DNA of 64,000 bases from Piromyces finnis finn. Its lineage: Eukaryota > Fungi > Neocallimastigomycota. Shown one piece after another: positions 21,370 through 34,890 of the stretch. The position numbers were made by a program, and so were the translations under genes. Every line of letters begins with the position of its first letter. Positions within the stretch are counted from its first letter, which is position 1. The notes beneath the pieces are model-generated. The model was not told the origin of the DNA and searched no databases. It worked only from the letters and a program-made list of their open reading frames with translations. Where the stretch lies: the NCBI GenBank assembly GCA_002104945.1, contig MCFH01000069.1, positions 1 to 64,000 of the forward strand, read 5' to 3'.

Positions 21370-24300
21370 TTATTTTATACAAATTACTTTTTGAATCTTT
21401 TTATAAATACTTTGACCATGAAGTCTATATGAATATTTGTAGCTAATATCATAGATACTTTCTCCTTTATTATTAATATGGTTAATATCAGCTCCACAAT
21501 GAATTAAAAAGTCTACTAAATATTCATTACTAAATTTTACGGCATAGCCTAAAGGAGTATCCCCATTTTTATCTTGAGTATTGATGTTGAATCCATGATC
21601 TATGACCATTTTTAATAAATTAATTTGATTATGGAAAATTATACTTTTAATAATACCACCATTAGAAAATTGATCTAAATAGTGTTGTGTTAGGTATTCA
21701 AAAATCTTTGTCTTTCCACTTTTATCTACACTTTCAATCATACGATCATTCTCATCTTTTTGGTCAAAACGAAGAATAGCATGTTGACGAAGTAAATAAT
21801 CAAATATTGATAAATCGCCAGATTCTATAGCTTTCAAAATAACAGTTTCTTTTATTTCATTATCGTTATTACTATATTTATGTTGTAAGACGTAGTTTAC
21901 ATCACTTCCTTTTTCTACTAAATATTGAACCATGGAGAGTGATTTTGATTCGATAGCATAAACTAATGGTGAATATCCGTTATTGAAAATGAAATTAACA
22001 TTAGCGTTATGTTGAAGTAAAAGTTCAACTAAAGGAATAGAATGACTTTGGATGGCTTCTTTAAGTGGTGTATTGACATCAATGAAATTAATATAAGACC
22101 CTATCTTTATGATATCCTTTATTATTGTTTTCTTTTCCTCGAGAGAAAAATCAGGATTTTTAATAATATTAGAAATAGGTAATTCACCATCTTTGTTCGG
22201 TATATTAAATAATATTTTTTGACTTATAAGTAAAGTATCGATGATTTCTTTATTGGCAAGATGAATAGAAATATCAATGGCAGAATGACCGTATTTAGCA
22301 CTATTTTCTTTATAGTTAACATCTACATTATGATCAATTAAATAATGAATTGTTTCAAAATCTTCTTTCAGAATGGCATAGTGTAAAATACCATAGCCAT
22401 AAAAATCTAATTCATTTATGTTTACGAAATTTAATAAAAATTTAAATATTTCTTTATTTTGGAGAAGGTAGGAAAGAATTAATGGTGTAAATAGGTATTT
22501 GGAATTAATTCTTATGTTGGTATTAGAATATACATCCAGTCGATAACCACTTTCTTGAACCAATGATTTAACCGTATATAGATCGTTATGATAAATAGCT
22601 TCAATCAGAGGGGATAGTGAATTTTCATGAAATAATCTATTTTTATCTAATGGCAATGAATATTTCAAAATTTCTCTAAGAATTTTATAATTTTTGGTTT
22701 TAAGAGCTTCTTCCCATAACGGTGTATTCTTTTCATTTTTGATAGTAATGCTGGCATGATGATCAAGAAGATACTTGAAAATCACTTCATTATTTTGATG
22801 ATAGGCTATGATCATTGGATTTTCAATGTTTTTATAATAAGCATTAAGATCAATTAATGGTTTTAATACTTCATTTTCAATAATATAATGAACCAATCTA
22901 AGGCTTTCCAGTTTAATTGCTATATTTAATAAAAATGCAATGTAAGGAACTACCCACTTTTTAATGATAGTATTATTTATAGAGTCTGTTGTTTTGGTCA
23001 TATTATTAATCAATGATTCAATTATAATGACTAGTATTTCTTCTTTATCCTTGTTTAATGTAGGGGGATAACTTTCATTATTTATCAACAAGTTTTCAAA
23101 CGAAAACATGCTATCAGGAATGATGTCAAATCCATTTAACGAATTTAGCTTTCTTTTTAAAAGGTTTAAACTATTTTCATTGGCGTAAAAGCAAGCTATA
23201 AATAAAATATTTTCAATTTTATTGTATTGATCGGTGTTAAATGAGAATGGACTTGATAAGGCTTTAAAGCATTGTTTTACATTTTTAATTATTTGTTCGT
23301 CTTCTTTCATTTCATTAATAATATAATTGTATAAATCAATAGAGATAATCATTTCTTTAAAATTTAAAGTTTGATTTAAACCTCTTATTTTATATTTTAC
23401 AATAAAATCCATAAGTAAAAGAATAATATCCGTTGATCTTTTCTTACCGGCTTCTAAAAGAATATTTTCAAAATTGTAGTTTTCATGTTCGGATGAATTT
23501 TTGATGAGGAAGAAGAATTCTAAAAGTAGCTTTGTTATATCAACATTATTTTTTCGAATAGCTTTTATTACAAGTTTTTCAATGTCAAAATTCTTATTTT
23601 GCTTCCATGGTTTATAGTTTAACAAAGTTCTTATGAAATAATAGTCATTTTTTTCAATGGCTTTTTCAAAAATTTTGTATTGATAAATTCTCTCAAAAAT
23701 TTTTAAAGGTTCACTACCATCATAAACAAAGAATAAGGACAAGGCATCCCAATTATTATAGTAAGCATTTTGAACTGTAGTAGAATACATGATGTCATTA
23801 ACAACAATTTTATTTTTTTCTTTGGTAATCAAGTAATGTAATTTTCTGTTAGATAAGGCTTTTTGATATTTATAAGAATGTAAGAAGTTTAAAATAAAAT
23901 CATTATCATAGATACGATAGCGAAATATTATTTCTAATAAATCATTTTTAACACTATTTTTGTAGGTAATTAAATCTTTAATAATAGCAGAAGCAATTCT
24001 TTGTATTTTGAATCCATGATCTAAAATGTATTTTAAATTCTTATGACTAAGATTGTTGGTAGAGTATAAATTATTAACTACATTGATCTTATTTTTAGCA
24101 ACGCCGGTAAGGGATTTAAAATCAGTTATAGTATGGTTAATATCGGCTTTATTTTTTATTAATAAAGTAGCAATTTTAAATTTATGATAAGCAATGGCTG
24201 AGAATAATGGTGTTTTGTAATGACCGTAGGAGTAATGATTACCCTTTTGTTTATTGGAATTCTTAATAAAATAATTCAAAGATTTATAGGGTAATTCATC

Positions 24301-24495
24301 GATGATGAATTGAATGATATCTAAGGAAATATCATTTTTGGTTTCAATCACACTGATTAATATATCATAACTGTCATCATTAAGATCTTCTAACCTTAAA
24401 TTACTTTCTTTAATATAATTCCTTAAATCAGCAAGATTATTTTTTAAAATAACCTTTATTAAATTATTTCTTTGATCTTCAATACTATGAGTCAT
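21370..24495 (-). CDS. Ankyrin-repeat protein (1041 aa) with a lineage-type N-terminal module
   Basis: KTPLFSAIAYHKFKIATLLIKNKADIN, GYGILHYAIL, GYSPLVYAIESKSLSMVQYLVEKGSDVN, GDTPLGYAV...CGADIN. Confidence 0.88.
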   Translation of the reverse strand: MTHSIEDQRNNLIKVILKNNLADLRNYIKESNLRLEDLNDDSYDILISVIETKNDISLDIIQFIIDELPYKSLNYFIKNSNKQKGNHYSYGHYKTPLFSAIAYHKFKIATLLIKNKADINHTITDFKSLTGVAKNKINVVNNLYSTNNLSHKNLKYILDHGFKIQRIASAIIKDLITYKNSVKNDLLEIIFRYRIYDNDFILNFLHSYKYQKALSNRKLHYLITKEKNKIVVNDIMYSTTVQNAYYNNWDALSLFFVYDGSEPLKIFERIYQYKIFEKAIEKNDYYFIRTLLNYKPWKQNKNFDIEKLVIKAIRKNNVDITKLLLEFFFLIKNSSEHENYNFENILLEAGKKRSTDIILLLMDFIVKYKIRGLNQTLNFKEMIISIDLYNYIINEMKEDEQIIKNVKQCFKALSSPFSFNTDQYNKIENILFIACFYANENSLNLLKRKLNSLNGFDIIPDSMFSFENLLINNESYPPTLNKDKEEILVIIIESLINNMTKTTDSINNTIIKKWVVPYIAFLLNIAIKLESLRLVHYIIENEVLKPLIDLNAYYKNIENPMIIAYHQNNEVIFKYLLDHHASITIKNEKNTPLWEEALKTKNYKILREILKYSLPLDKNRLFHENSLSPLIEAIYHNDLYTVKSLVQESGYRLDVYSNTNIRINSKYLFTPLILSYLLQNKEIFKFLLNFVNINELDFYGYGILHYAILKEDFETIHYLIDHNVDVNYKENSAKYGHSAIDISIHLANKEIIDTLLISQKILFNIPNKDGELPISNIIKNPDFSLEEKKTIIKDIIKIGSYINFIDVNTPLKEAIQSHSIPLVELLLQHNANVNFIFNNGYSPLVYAIESKSLSMVQYLVEKGSDVNYVLQHKYSNNDNEIKETVILKAIESGDLSIFDYLLRQHAILRFDQKDENDRMIESVDKSGKTKIFEYLTQHYLDQFSNGGIIKSIIFHNQINLLKMVIDHGFNINTQDKNGDTPLGYAVKFSNEYLVDFLIHCGADINHINNKGESIYDISYKYSYRLHGQSIYKKIQKVICIK

Positions 24496-26390
24496 TTTTT
24501 TTAATAAAATTAAATATTAATACTATTTTAAATAAGAATAAAAAATAATAAAAAGTATTAGTGTGTTGTTGTTTAACTTGATGAATCATTAGTAAATTTT
24601 CTTTGTATTAATTAGATAAATAATATTAAAAAATATTAATATTTTTAATTAGAAAAAAATAAAAAAAAGAAAAAAAAAAAGATCTTTTATATGAAATTAA
24701 TTATGATAATCTTTTCTAATCTAATGATCAATATAATCTATGGCTTTTTAAAAAAAAAAGAGATTAATAATAACCCATATTCTTAATGTATAATTTAGTT
24801 ATCAAAGTTTATCCTTCTTCAAATGCTAATATATATAATTTAATTTGAAGATTTCGTGGAACAATGGAAAATTAAATATTACAAATTATTTATTGATCCA
24901 ATATTAACAAAATATGCATTTTTAAAATTTTGGTTAACAAATGAATTGTAAATTTTTTATAAAATAAACTAATGATTAATATACCAAATGGATATACAGA
25001 AAATTTAAAATAAATAATTTTATAATTAGTGACAGAACTGTTTTTTTTTTTTTTTTAAAAAGTTAAAAATTAATAAAAAAAAAAAGAAAAAGAAAAAAAG
25101 ATCAATTATGAATTAATAAATATTTTGTTTTTATTTTATTTATTTTTGTTTTCAATAAATATAGGTTTAATTTATTTAAACATTTTCTGAAAATTTTAAG
25201 TCTTATTGAATGAACTTTTAAAAAAAAAAAAATTTAAAAAATTAAAAAAAGTAATACTAGTTAAAAAAAAGAAAAAAACTAAAAATGAAATGAATATTTT
25301 CTTCAATTATTATATATAATTAAATATTGATAAAAATTTTAATCTCATTTTTTAAGTATAGTATTTTTTAAAGTTATTTTTATAATAATATTAAATGTGC
25401 CATTTTTTTTTTATTAAAATAAAGTTATTTAAAGAGACAAATTATAAGATATAACTTTTTGATAAGCTAATTTTTTTTGATTATTACAAAAATTAAATAT
25501 TTAAATATATATATAGAGAGAATTATTTTAATCGTTAATTATTAGATTAAAAGCCATTCTTTTTTTTTTTTTTTTTTTTTTTTGATACTAATTAAAATTT
25601 ATTAAAAAAAAAATAGCTGTAATTACCCATTTTATTTATTTATTATTCTTAACTCTTCGTAACATTTAATTTTAAATTTTATACAAAACAAATTTATTTA
25701 AAGGTTTCAACTTATATTTAAAACTATTAATCTATAAAAGTAATAATTACTATAAGCTTCTTTTCAAAATATAAAAACCTTTTAAATGATTTTGAAAAAT
25801 TATGAAAAGTTAATCTTTAAACCCATACATATTTATTTCCTACTTTCAGTTATATGATGAAAGATATTAAAGAAATAAAATATATATATATATATATAAT
25901 TTTTTTTAATTTCTTATTCCTTTCTTTTCCTTTTTATTAATTTCTTTTATCCTAATTTTTTCTTTTCTTTTTTCTTTTTTTTTTTTTTATTATTATTTTA
26001 ATTATTTTGCTTTTTCCATTTTTATACTTAAATTATTATTATATATATATTTTTTTATTTTATATTTTTTATTTATTTTTATGCTCTATCTATTCTATTC
26101 ATTTTTTTTTTTTAACAATTTTTAGATTAAAAATGATTTAATATCAAATTAAATCTATAGAGTTGATTTTTTTTCTATTTTTGTTATTATTTTTAAATAT
26201 AAAAATAATAAAATTAAAGGATTAATAGTTAAATAAATATTATTATCTATTTGTATAAATGATACTTTAAATATATAATAAATAATTACTTTTTTTGTTT
26301 TTTATTATTTATTATTTATATAGTTTTTAGGTTATTTGCCTAAATTGTATCTTATAATTCTATATTTATTTAAGAAAATTATTTAACAAT

Positions 26391-28262
26391 CTATTTGCAG
26401 TTTGGAATGATACCACACCATTCATTATTTTCATAACCCCATTTACCTTCGTCAGTAACATCATATATGAAACATCTCTTACAACAGTTATAACCGTATT
26501 TCTTAGACCAACATTCTTCTTTACTGCAAGAAGGTAAAATACCACACCAACGACCATTTTCATAACCCCAATCACCATTTTCATCTGAAGTAAAAATATG
26601 ACATGTACCTTCACTACAGCATGGATAACCATACTTATGAGACCAACAATATTCTTCTCCAGTTTCATGAACACTTAATGGAATTTTGTAGTTCTTTGGT
26701 AAACTGTTACTAATTGGATCAGCATTATATTCTTCACTCATATAATCTTCATTACCAAGATCTGGATATTCGAATTTACCTACACCTAAGTAATATTCAC
26801 CGTAATATGTTAATTGACGCTTGTTCTTAACACTCCAGAATGAAACAGCTGGACGTGGTTCAATTAATTCATAGGTTTCTGGATCAATAGCGTAGGTATG
26901 GCAAAGGTATCTTGTACGTTCTTCAATAAAGAATTTTAATGCATATGAACGAGAAACATTTGGACCATCAACCCAACCCATATAGTTAATGCAATCTTCA
27001 AATTGGGTCATATTCCATAATGGATTCATACCAGGAGTATTGAAACTACCAATTGGATATCCATCTTCTTGGACTTCACGAGAAATAGCAAGATCATCAC
27101 GTATTAAATCAGCAATATCATCAATACGAGCGTTAAGAATCTTTGGATTAAATATTTCTTTGACAATTTCTCCAAGAATTTCACGGAAACGTGTGTCATC
27201 GTCATGAATAAGTAATTTGACAATTTTATGACCAAGATCCATATCACGAATAGAAATATTTGGTAAATTAATTCTTTGAAGATCTGGGAAATAATGCTTT
27301 TTAATATATCTATCATCACCTTCGAAGTTGTTGACCCAAATATCTTGGGCAAAAGTTCTATTAAAGTCATTAAGAATCATAATCCATTTACCATCTTGCT
27401 TTTTGTATAAATAGAAATTGTGACCATAAAGTAAAAAGTTATCGTTAGCAAGAAGAATATATTCAAAAGCAATTACCTTTAAAAATGAATCAACATCAAT
27501 AATATCTTTAATATCATCAATTGTTTTAGCTAAATTGACAGCATCTACTAATTTTTGAAGATCATCCTTGTAATTGGCAAGTTCTTCCTTTGAATTAACA
27601 CATTCATTAGCAATAGAATTATCTTCAAATCTGACAGCAATATTTTGGCATTCATAAAAGTTGTCAGTGTTTTTTTCATTAAAGTATCTTTTAATCATAT
27701 CCTTTTTAACTTTATCAGTAATAACATAAAGACCTACATTTTCATTATTAATTTCAACATTAACATAATTAGCGGAAGTTGTTGGTACACCCATTTTATA
27801 GAGCATATCACATGAAAGTTTTTCTCTCATAAAAGATACATCATTTGCCATAGAACGTAAACGAAGTGTTTTTACATCAAAAAGTGAACCATTTTCAAGT
27901 TTGATGTTATATCCAGGTTTACTGTAATAGCGAGTATAATGACCAGCAAGTTTAAAAGTAAAATCTCCTGGTTTTAATTCAACTTTATAATCAGTACCAT
28001 TTACAAAAAATTCCATTGATGCATTATTGGTTGAGAATTTTTCATCATCGTAAGCTTTTACATCATTTGGTTCATATAAGGTACCTTCTTTCATTTTTTT
28101 AAATGAATCTTCATCCATTGAAATTTTAATTGTACCAATATGGTCATCTAATATTTTAAATAATTCTGGACGAATGTCATTGTCTCCGAAAAAATCTGAT
28201 CTTGAAGCAATGACTGAATTGAATGCTAAAAAGCTTATGGATAATATTTTATTTAACTTCAT
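26391..28262 (-). CDS. cotH: CotH-family kinase-like protein with two C-terminal fungal dockerin (CBM10-type) domains
   Basis: Signal peptide; LRSMANDVSFMREKLSCDML...GVPT...YVNVEIN...GLY; DNF...HNFYLY; two CWSxKYGYxCC...GxWGYENxxWCGI dockerins. Confidence 0.9.
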   Translation of the reverse strand: MKLNKILSISFLAFNSVIASRSDFFGDNDIRPELFKILDDHIGTIKISMDEDSFKKMKEGTLYEPNDVKAYDDEKFSTNNASMEFFVNGTDYKVELKPGDFTFKLAGHYTRYYSKPGYNIKLENGSLFDVKTLRLRSMANDVSFMREKLSCDMLYKMGVPTTSANYVNVEINNENVGLYVITDKVKKDMIKRYFNEKNTDNFYECQNIAVRFEDNSIANECVNSKEELANYKDDLQKLVDAVNLAKTIDDIKDIIDVDSFLKVIAFEYILLANDNFLLYGHNFYLYKKQDGKWIMILNDFNRTFAQDIWVNNFEGDDRYIKKHYFPDLQRINLPNISIRDMDLGHKIVKLLIHDDDTRFREILGEIVKEIFNPKILNARIDDIADLIRDDLAISREVQEDGYPIGSFNTPGMNPLWNMTQFEDCINYMGWVDGPNVSRSYALKFFIEERTRYLCHTYAIDPETYELIEPRPAVSFWSVKNKRQLTYYGEYYLGVGKFEYPDLGNEDYMSEEYNADPISNSLPKNYKIPLSVHETGEEYCWSHKYGYPCCSEGTCHIFTSDENGDWGYENGRWCGILPSCSKEECWSKKYGYNCCKRCFIYDVTDEGKWGYENNEWCGIIPNCK

Positions 28263-30664
28263 TTTTATTTATTTATTTATTTATTTATTGTTACTATGAT
28301 ATCTCTTAATTACTATTACTATTAATTATTTAATAAATAATAGAATTGTTTAGACTATAAAGTAAAAAAAAAAAAAAAAAAAAAAGGAAATAGAAATAGT
28401 ATTTATATCCTACTCCTTTTTTCTATAAAATTTATTTATTAAAGTTCCATACTTAACAAAGTTTATTCATCCACTATTAATAAAAAAAAAAAAAACATAT
28501 ATAAGGAATAAATTAGATATATTAAAATTTAGTAGATACTTTTTCTTTTTATTAAAACTAATAAAAATTTCAATAATTATTTGTTTTATTTTTAAATTAA
28601 TTAAATTGAAAATGAAACATTAATTTCTTTTATTGTAGGATAAAAATTAAAATATTAAAATATTTTAACATTGTATTATGTTCTATATATTAAAAATAAA
28701 TTAATTAATAGGTTACGCAAATATTAATTAAATAATATCAAATAAGAAATAGTGGAATATTAAATTTTTAGTTATACAGATTTTAAATATTTGAAAATCA
28801 TTGAATTGTTTTAATGATTTTTAAATAGTTTTATTTACCTTTTTTTTTTTAACTAGAATATTGTATTTTATAGACTATTTTATTTTACCTTTCTTTTTTC
28901 TACAATAATATTATATTTTGTAGATAATTTTAAGTTTTGCGTATTTATAAATATATTCTATTTTCACAATATAAAAATATATAAATATATATATTACATA
29001 TTATATATTTTATTTACCTTTTTTAAATTATCTTTTTTTTTTTATTATTTCAAAGATAAATTAATATTACACAAGTATCTCTCCCATTTTAATAATTAAT
29101 TATTTTTTAAAGTTTATTATTAGGTAATAGTTTTGAGTTTCAAACTTTTTAACCAATAATAGAAAAATGTATAAAACATGGAATTTTAAATGATATTAAT
29201 ATTGAATAAATTCTATTTCTATTTTTTTTAATTAAAAGAATATATTTTTTCTTTTATTTTTATTATTATAAATTTTAATTTATCTCTAAAGAAAAAAAAG
29301 TTGACAATATATTTGAATTAAATATAATATATATTTTTAATTAAAAGTATTAATATTATTTTCTTTTTTTTTTTTTTTTTTTTTTTAATATTAAAAGTGA
29401 ATACAATGGACAATAAATGATTTAATATATTGTAAAAAAAAAAGTTCCAAAAATTATGGAAAAAAGGAATATTTTTTTTATTTGATTTTTCTAATTTTTT
29501 TCTTATTTTAGAATTAAATCATTTTACTAATAGTATGCTGTAATTACTATTAAAGAACTATTAATAGTTTTTCTGTTTTGACTACTAATCAATCAAATAC
29601 CCTAAAAAATTGGTTGAAGTATTAATTGTTTTTCTTAAAGTTTTTAGTGTTGATAATAATCTTTTTTAAAAGTTAGTGTGTTATGATAATTCTTATAATC
29701 AAATTCAAACAAATTATAATAAGATCTTTCAAAAGTCTTTATTATAGCTTATAATAATTCATTGTAAGAATTATATGATGTAAAAATATGTAATTTATAA
29801 TGTAATTATGTATTTATATACTTTGTATTATGAAATAATAGAAATAATTATAGTAATAATATGATTATTTTATATTGTATGAATTAAAGATTAAAATGCT
29901 TCTCTTCATAAATTAATAATAACAAAAAATATCAATTAATTATTAATTTATATTAACTTTTTAAATACTCTAATAATCATAATACAAGCATAATTTACCA
30001 TGAAGTAAAAATATAGTTAAAATAATTTATAATACTATAAATTTTATATATTGTTATTCCTTTAAAACTCTATGTATAAGATCTTTCTAAAAAACCATAT
30101 AATTTTTTAAAATGTTGTATTATATTTTCCTTCTATAAAGTCATTTAAACAATAAAACATTATATTTTTCTTTTAAAATTAAAATTTTAATAATTATAAT
30201 AATTTTAATTACTATTCAATCTATTTATTTAAAGTTTATAATTATTATCAATTTATTTTTATATATATATTAATTAGTATTTAAATCAAAATATATACAT
30301 TGTATTATAAAAGTAAAAGTATATAAAGTAAACTTTAATACTTTTCATAGTTGAAAAATCTATTTAAAAGCATATTAAAGCACATCATTAACCTTAAATA
30401 TGCTTTTAACTTTTTTTTTTTTTTTTTTAAAAAAAATAATTTATTTTTAATAAAGGAATAATAAAAACTATTTTTTATTATTAAAAATCCTTTTTATATA
30501 CTAAAAAAAAAAAAAAAAATATAAATAAATGAATAATTTAACTTTATTTTAATAAAACAAGAAAATTAATAATTTCTCAAAATATTTAATATAAAATAAA
30601 AAATTAGTTTAGTGTTATTTAAATAGGATGGTGTTAATGATATTTAATTATATATAGGGAATTT

Positions 30665-33570
30665 TTATGAAAAAAAAGAAGTCGATTCATGAATTTTTAA
30701 AATATTTGTTAAAGTTTTTGATTTATTTGAATATTGTGTTTCCGTTTCTGTATTGTTACTCATATGACTACTTTTAGAAATATTTCCTTGTTGTGAAGTG
30801 GTAAGCTTATGAATATAACTATGCGTTGATTGTCTAATTTTCATTACCATTTCGTCATCTCCATCTTTATTACTTAATATAATTCTTATAATAAATAAAT
30901 AGGTATGATTTGTTAAGAAAAATAGAACAATTATACCTATATAGAGAGTGTAATAAGTAATATAATTTGTAATATTCAAAAGTTTATATATACAATATAA
31001 TGCAATTAGGATACAATCCATTCCCATCATAATAACAATAATTTTTAATTCATGAGCTATAACAGCAAGATTCCATTCTAGGTATATTAATGTATTTATT
31101 GATAAGAATTTAATGATAAGAATTCCAATTTGAATTATCAAAATAACAGTTCCATATTTATTATCTAATTGGCATTTTTCATAATTTTTACCTTCCTCAA
31201 TTATAATTTCTTTAATTTTGTAGGGTGAAAGTAAAAGTAATGAGCCTATAAGAATATTTATAAATTCAATTAATCCAATAAATAAATATTTATTTTTTTT
31301 GAGCCATTCTGAGTATACATTAATTTTTGGAAAATTGATTAATAATTGGTACAATATTGGTGTTAAAATAAAATTAAGACCAGTCGAAAGAATAATGTGA
31401 TTAAAGAAACATTTTAGGCTTGTTAAAGCTCCAAAAAATGGGAATACTGATGAAATTACAAGAATTACTCCTAATACATACATTATCCATAAATCATTAC
31501 TTAAGAATCTAAAATATTTTTTGAATTTAGGAATAAATAATAGTGCAGTCATAAGAATAACACAACAAAATATTATTTGAATAATTATAAATAATATTAA
31601 TGCAATAGTGGATGTTTTCTGTGAAAAGTGATAGATTTTTAAAATGTCATCAATTTCAGTTAATGCTTCTTTTAATGGTTTATTATTGTATAAAAAGTCA
31701 TTAATTAAGTTTGTGTATTTACTGGAATAATCTTCATAATTATCGATTTTTGAACTGGGTCTTTCAATTCCTTGAATAGATTTCATTAATTCACAATCTG
31801 TGTATGAACAAACTTCTTCATCATCGTATAATTTTGTTAAAGCACTGAAACATTTAAATTGTTTTAAAATGACTTCTTTTTGAATGTATTCCGATGTTAA
31901 AAACTTGATGACTTCAGATGCTGCTCTTTTCTTTTCATTTGTAATATAATTATTTATACCTAATAAATAACCTCCTAAACAAGAACCATTGACATCTTCT
32001 GTTTTACCGGGTAATGGTGTCATATAATAATTCGGAACTTCATGATCAAAATCCCAAAAATTTGAAAATATAACAGTACCCATATATAACATCATAATAT
32101 GATTATCTTCTCCAATACTAAATACTTCATCTTTTTTTTTTTTAATTATTTTATATAGTATATATAGTAGTATATGACATCATTTGTGTCATTATTATTT
32201 TTTATAATTTATAATATTTTATATTTTATATTTTAAATTTTAAATTTTATATTTTGAATTTTATATTTTATATTTTGAATTTTATATTCATATTTTTATT
32301 TTTATTTTTATAAATATTAGTAAAGAAGATTTAGAATAATATATATAGTAGTATAAGCATATAATAAAAAAGAATTTATGTTAATTTTTTTTTTCAATGA
32401 ATTTAAACATTTCATTTATATTCTTTACCATTTGACAATTCATTTTTTATTTTTAACAACATATTAAAAGCTTCCTCAGCTGTTTTGCTATTAATTTCAG
32501 GAACAGGAGATTCTTTAGAATCTCTATAAGAATATAAAAAACTATATGCAGAACACATTGTACTTTCACCCTCTGAAATATATAAAGTATTTTTTTTTTA
32601 ATAATAATATTTAATTATATAGATTTTAGCATTTAAATAATTTATAGAAATATTTTTAATATTTTTTTTTTTTTTTTTTTTTTTTAAAAAATATTTTCAA
32701 TACTATTTCCATACATACTTGGATAATATCCGTTAAAACCAATTAAATCATAATTATTATTTTTTCGTTCTTCTTCTAATATTCGTTTTCCCGTTGCTAA
32801 CATTTGATCCCAAGTTTTAGGAATTTTTTCATCATATTTATTTAATAAGATTTTATTTGAATATAAAATAGTATATTTTAACAATAATGGCTTCATAATA
32901 AATATTTATTTAATTGATATTTATTTGATAAAAATCATGAATCCAATTATGAATGAATGGATAAAATAAATAAAGAATGTTATAATTAATTAGTATAAAT
33001 TAATTAGTATAAATAATATAGACAATTTGAATATATTATTATTTCAAGTGAAATAATTTACCATTCCAACCCATTTATCTTCATATACCCCGATTTTTTC
33101 AGCATCACCCAAATATTGATCTAAATGTTCTTTTGGTAGATAATCTTTTAGATTGACTAGATGAGGAGATAATCTACGAGTAAATAATGGATCATAAATT
33201 AACATATCGTATTTTGTTTTCTTTTGCTGAAGGAGTAAATGCATTGCTGAATCGAAACTATCCCATTCTTTTGTTGTATTTTCAATTGAAAACAAAATAA
33301 AATTTAAATTTATATCCAAATCATTTTCTTTTGCATATTTGTTAAATTCTCTTGTAATCAAAGCATATAAATCTTCAAATGATTTTAAAAATGATTGACC
33401 TGCTAAATTTATTGTTATTGCATTTACTATACCTATATATAACGGCGGTTTAATATGAAACAAAATAACGATTAATAGTATGTTAAAAAATTAAAACTTT
33501 AGTAAATAAAGTATTAATTACCTGTATATATATAGATAAATAAGGAAAAAAATAAATATTTTTTATTCAT
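30665..33570 (-). CDS. Receptor A: signal peptide, solute-binding-protein-like ectodomain and 7TM (class C GPCR-like); probably 5 exons
   Basis: Exon 1 MNKKYLFFSLFIYIYT from 33570; exons in 33044-33463 and 32684-32896, a 143-nt exon near 32430-32575 and a long last exon with seven hydrophobic segments; GT-AG introns visible. Confidence 0.82.
32159..32355. mobile_element. About 165-bp AT-rich intron segment flanked by 16-bp direct repeats, absent from the paralogous intron
   Basis: tatatatagtagtata at 32159-32174 and 32340-32355; the paralog near 37030-37045 has one copy and lacks the intervening sequence. Confidence 0.55.
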
Positions 33571-33862
33571 TTTTCAATGTATAAACACTTTTTTTTACAG
33601 GAAAAAATAATAATTATTTAAAAGAAAATTCTTTTCATTTTTATAAGTTATTATGTTTATAAGAATATTTTAGCCATAATTTTTTTTTATCTGGAATTAT
33701 TATGACAGATAAAATAAAGAAAATTTAATTATTTTTTTTTCTAATTAATTAAATTAAGAAATTTTAGGTTTAAATTTGCTATTTTAAACTATAAATTTCT
33801 TAATATATATATTTTTTTTAAAAAAAAAAGGTTTTTCATATTATATTTCTGAATTTTTTACA

Positions 33863-34018
<156 letters not shown>

Positions 34019-34690
34019 TAAATATTATTAATAACTATTTATTAACTAAATTCGAACACAATATATTTATAAAAGAAAAAAAAAATATTTTCTACTATTT
34101 ATAATTATGTGAATTTTTTAGTTTTAAATTATATCACTTTATAAGCTAAGAAAAAACATTTTAATTTTTTGGAAAACATAATATCAATTATTTAAATATA
34201 TTTTTTGATTTATTATTATTATTTATTATTATTATAATTTTTCATTTACTTCATTAGATTTAATATTTGTTGAAGATACATTTATCTTTGTTAATTAAAA
34301 TAAGGATGATGATGATTCTATTTATAGATGCTAAGATTTTCCATAATTAAAAGTCAAACTTAAAATAGAACATTTTTAATACTACATACCTATTTTACTA
34401 ATAGTCTACAACAATTCTATCAATTCTATTAATCAATGTTTATAATCTATAAAGGATTAAATATTAAATATAATAATAGCATTTAAATAATATATACATG
34501 TGTAAGAGATTAAGACATATTGTATTAATTAAAAGTTGAAGTTTGAATTAGATATAATAATTAAAGTTCAAAAAAATATTTTGTCTCTCTGTAAGCTAAA
34601 GTGGTAATAAAATTAAATCTTAATAAATACAAAAATTTATGAATAGTGTTACATATGTTACATATACTTTTATTTCATATTATATTTTAA

Positions 34691-34890
34691 TATAATATAA
34701 TATAATATAATATAATATAATATAATATAATATAATATAATATAATATAATATAATATAATATAATATAATATAATATAATATAATATAATATAATATAA
34801 TATAATATAATATAATATAATATAATATAATATAATATAATATAATATAATATAATATAATATAATATAATATAATATAATATAATATAA
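34691..34890. repeat. (TATAA)n microsatellite, 40 units
   Basis: Perfect pentanucleotide run. Confidence 0.95.
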
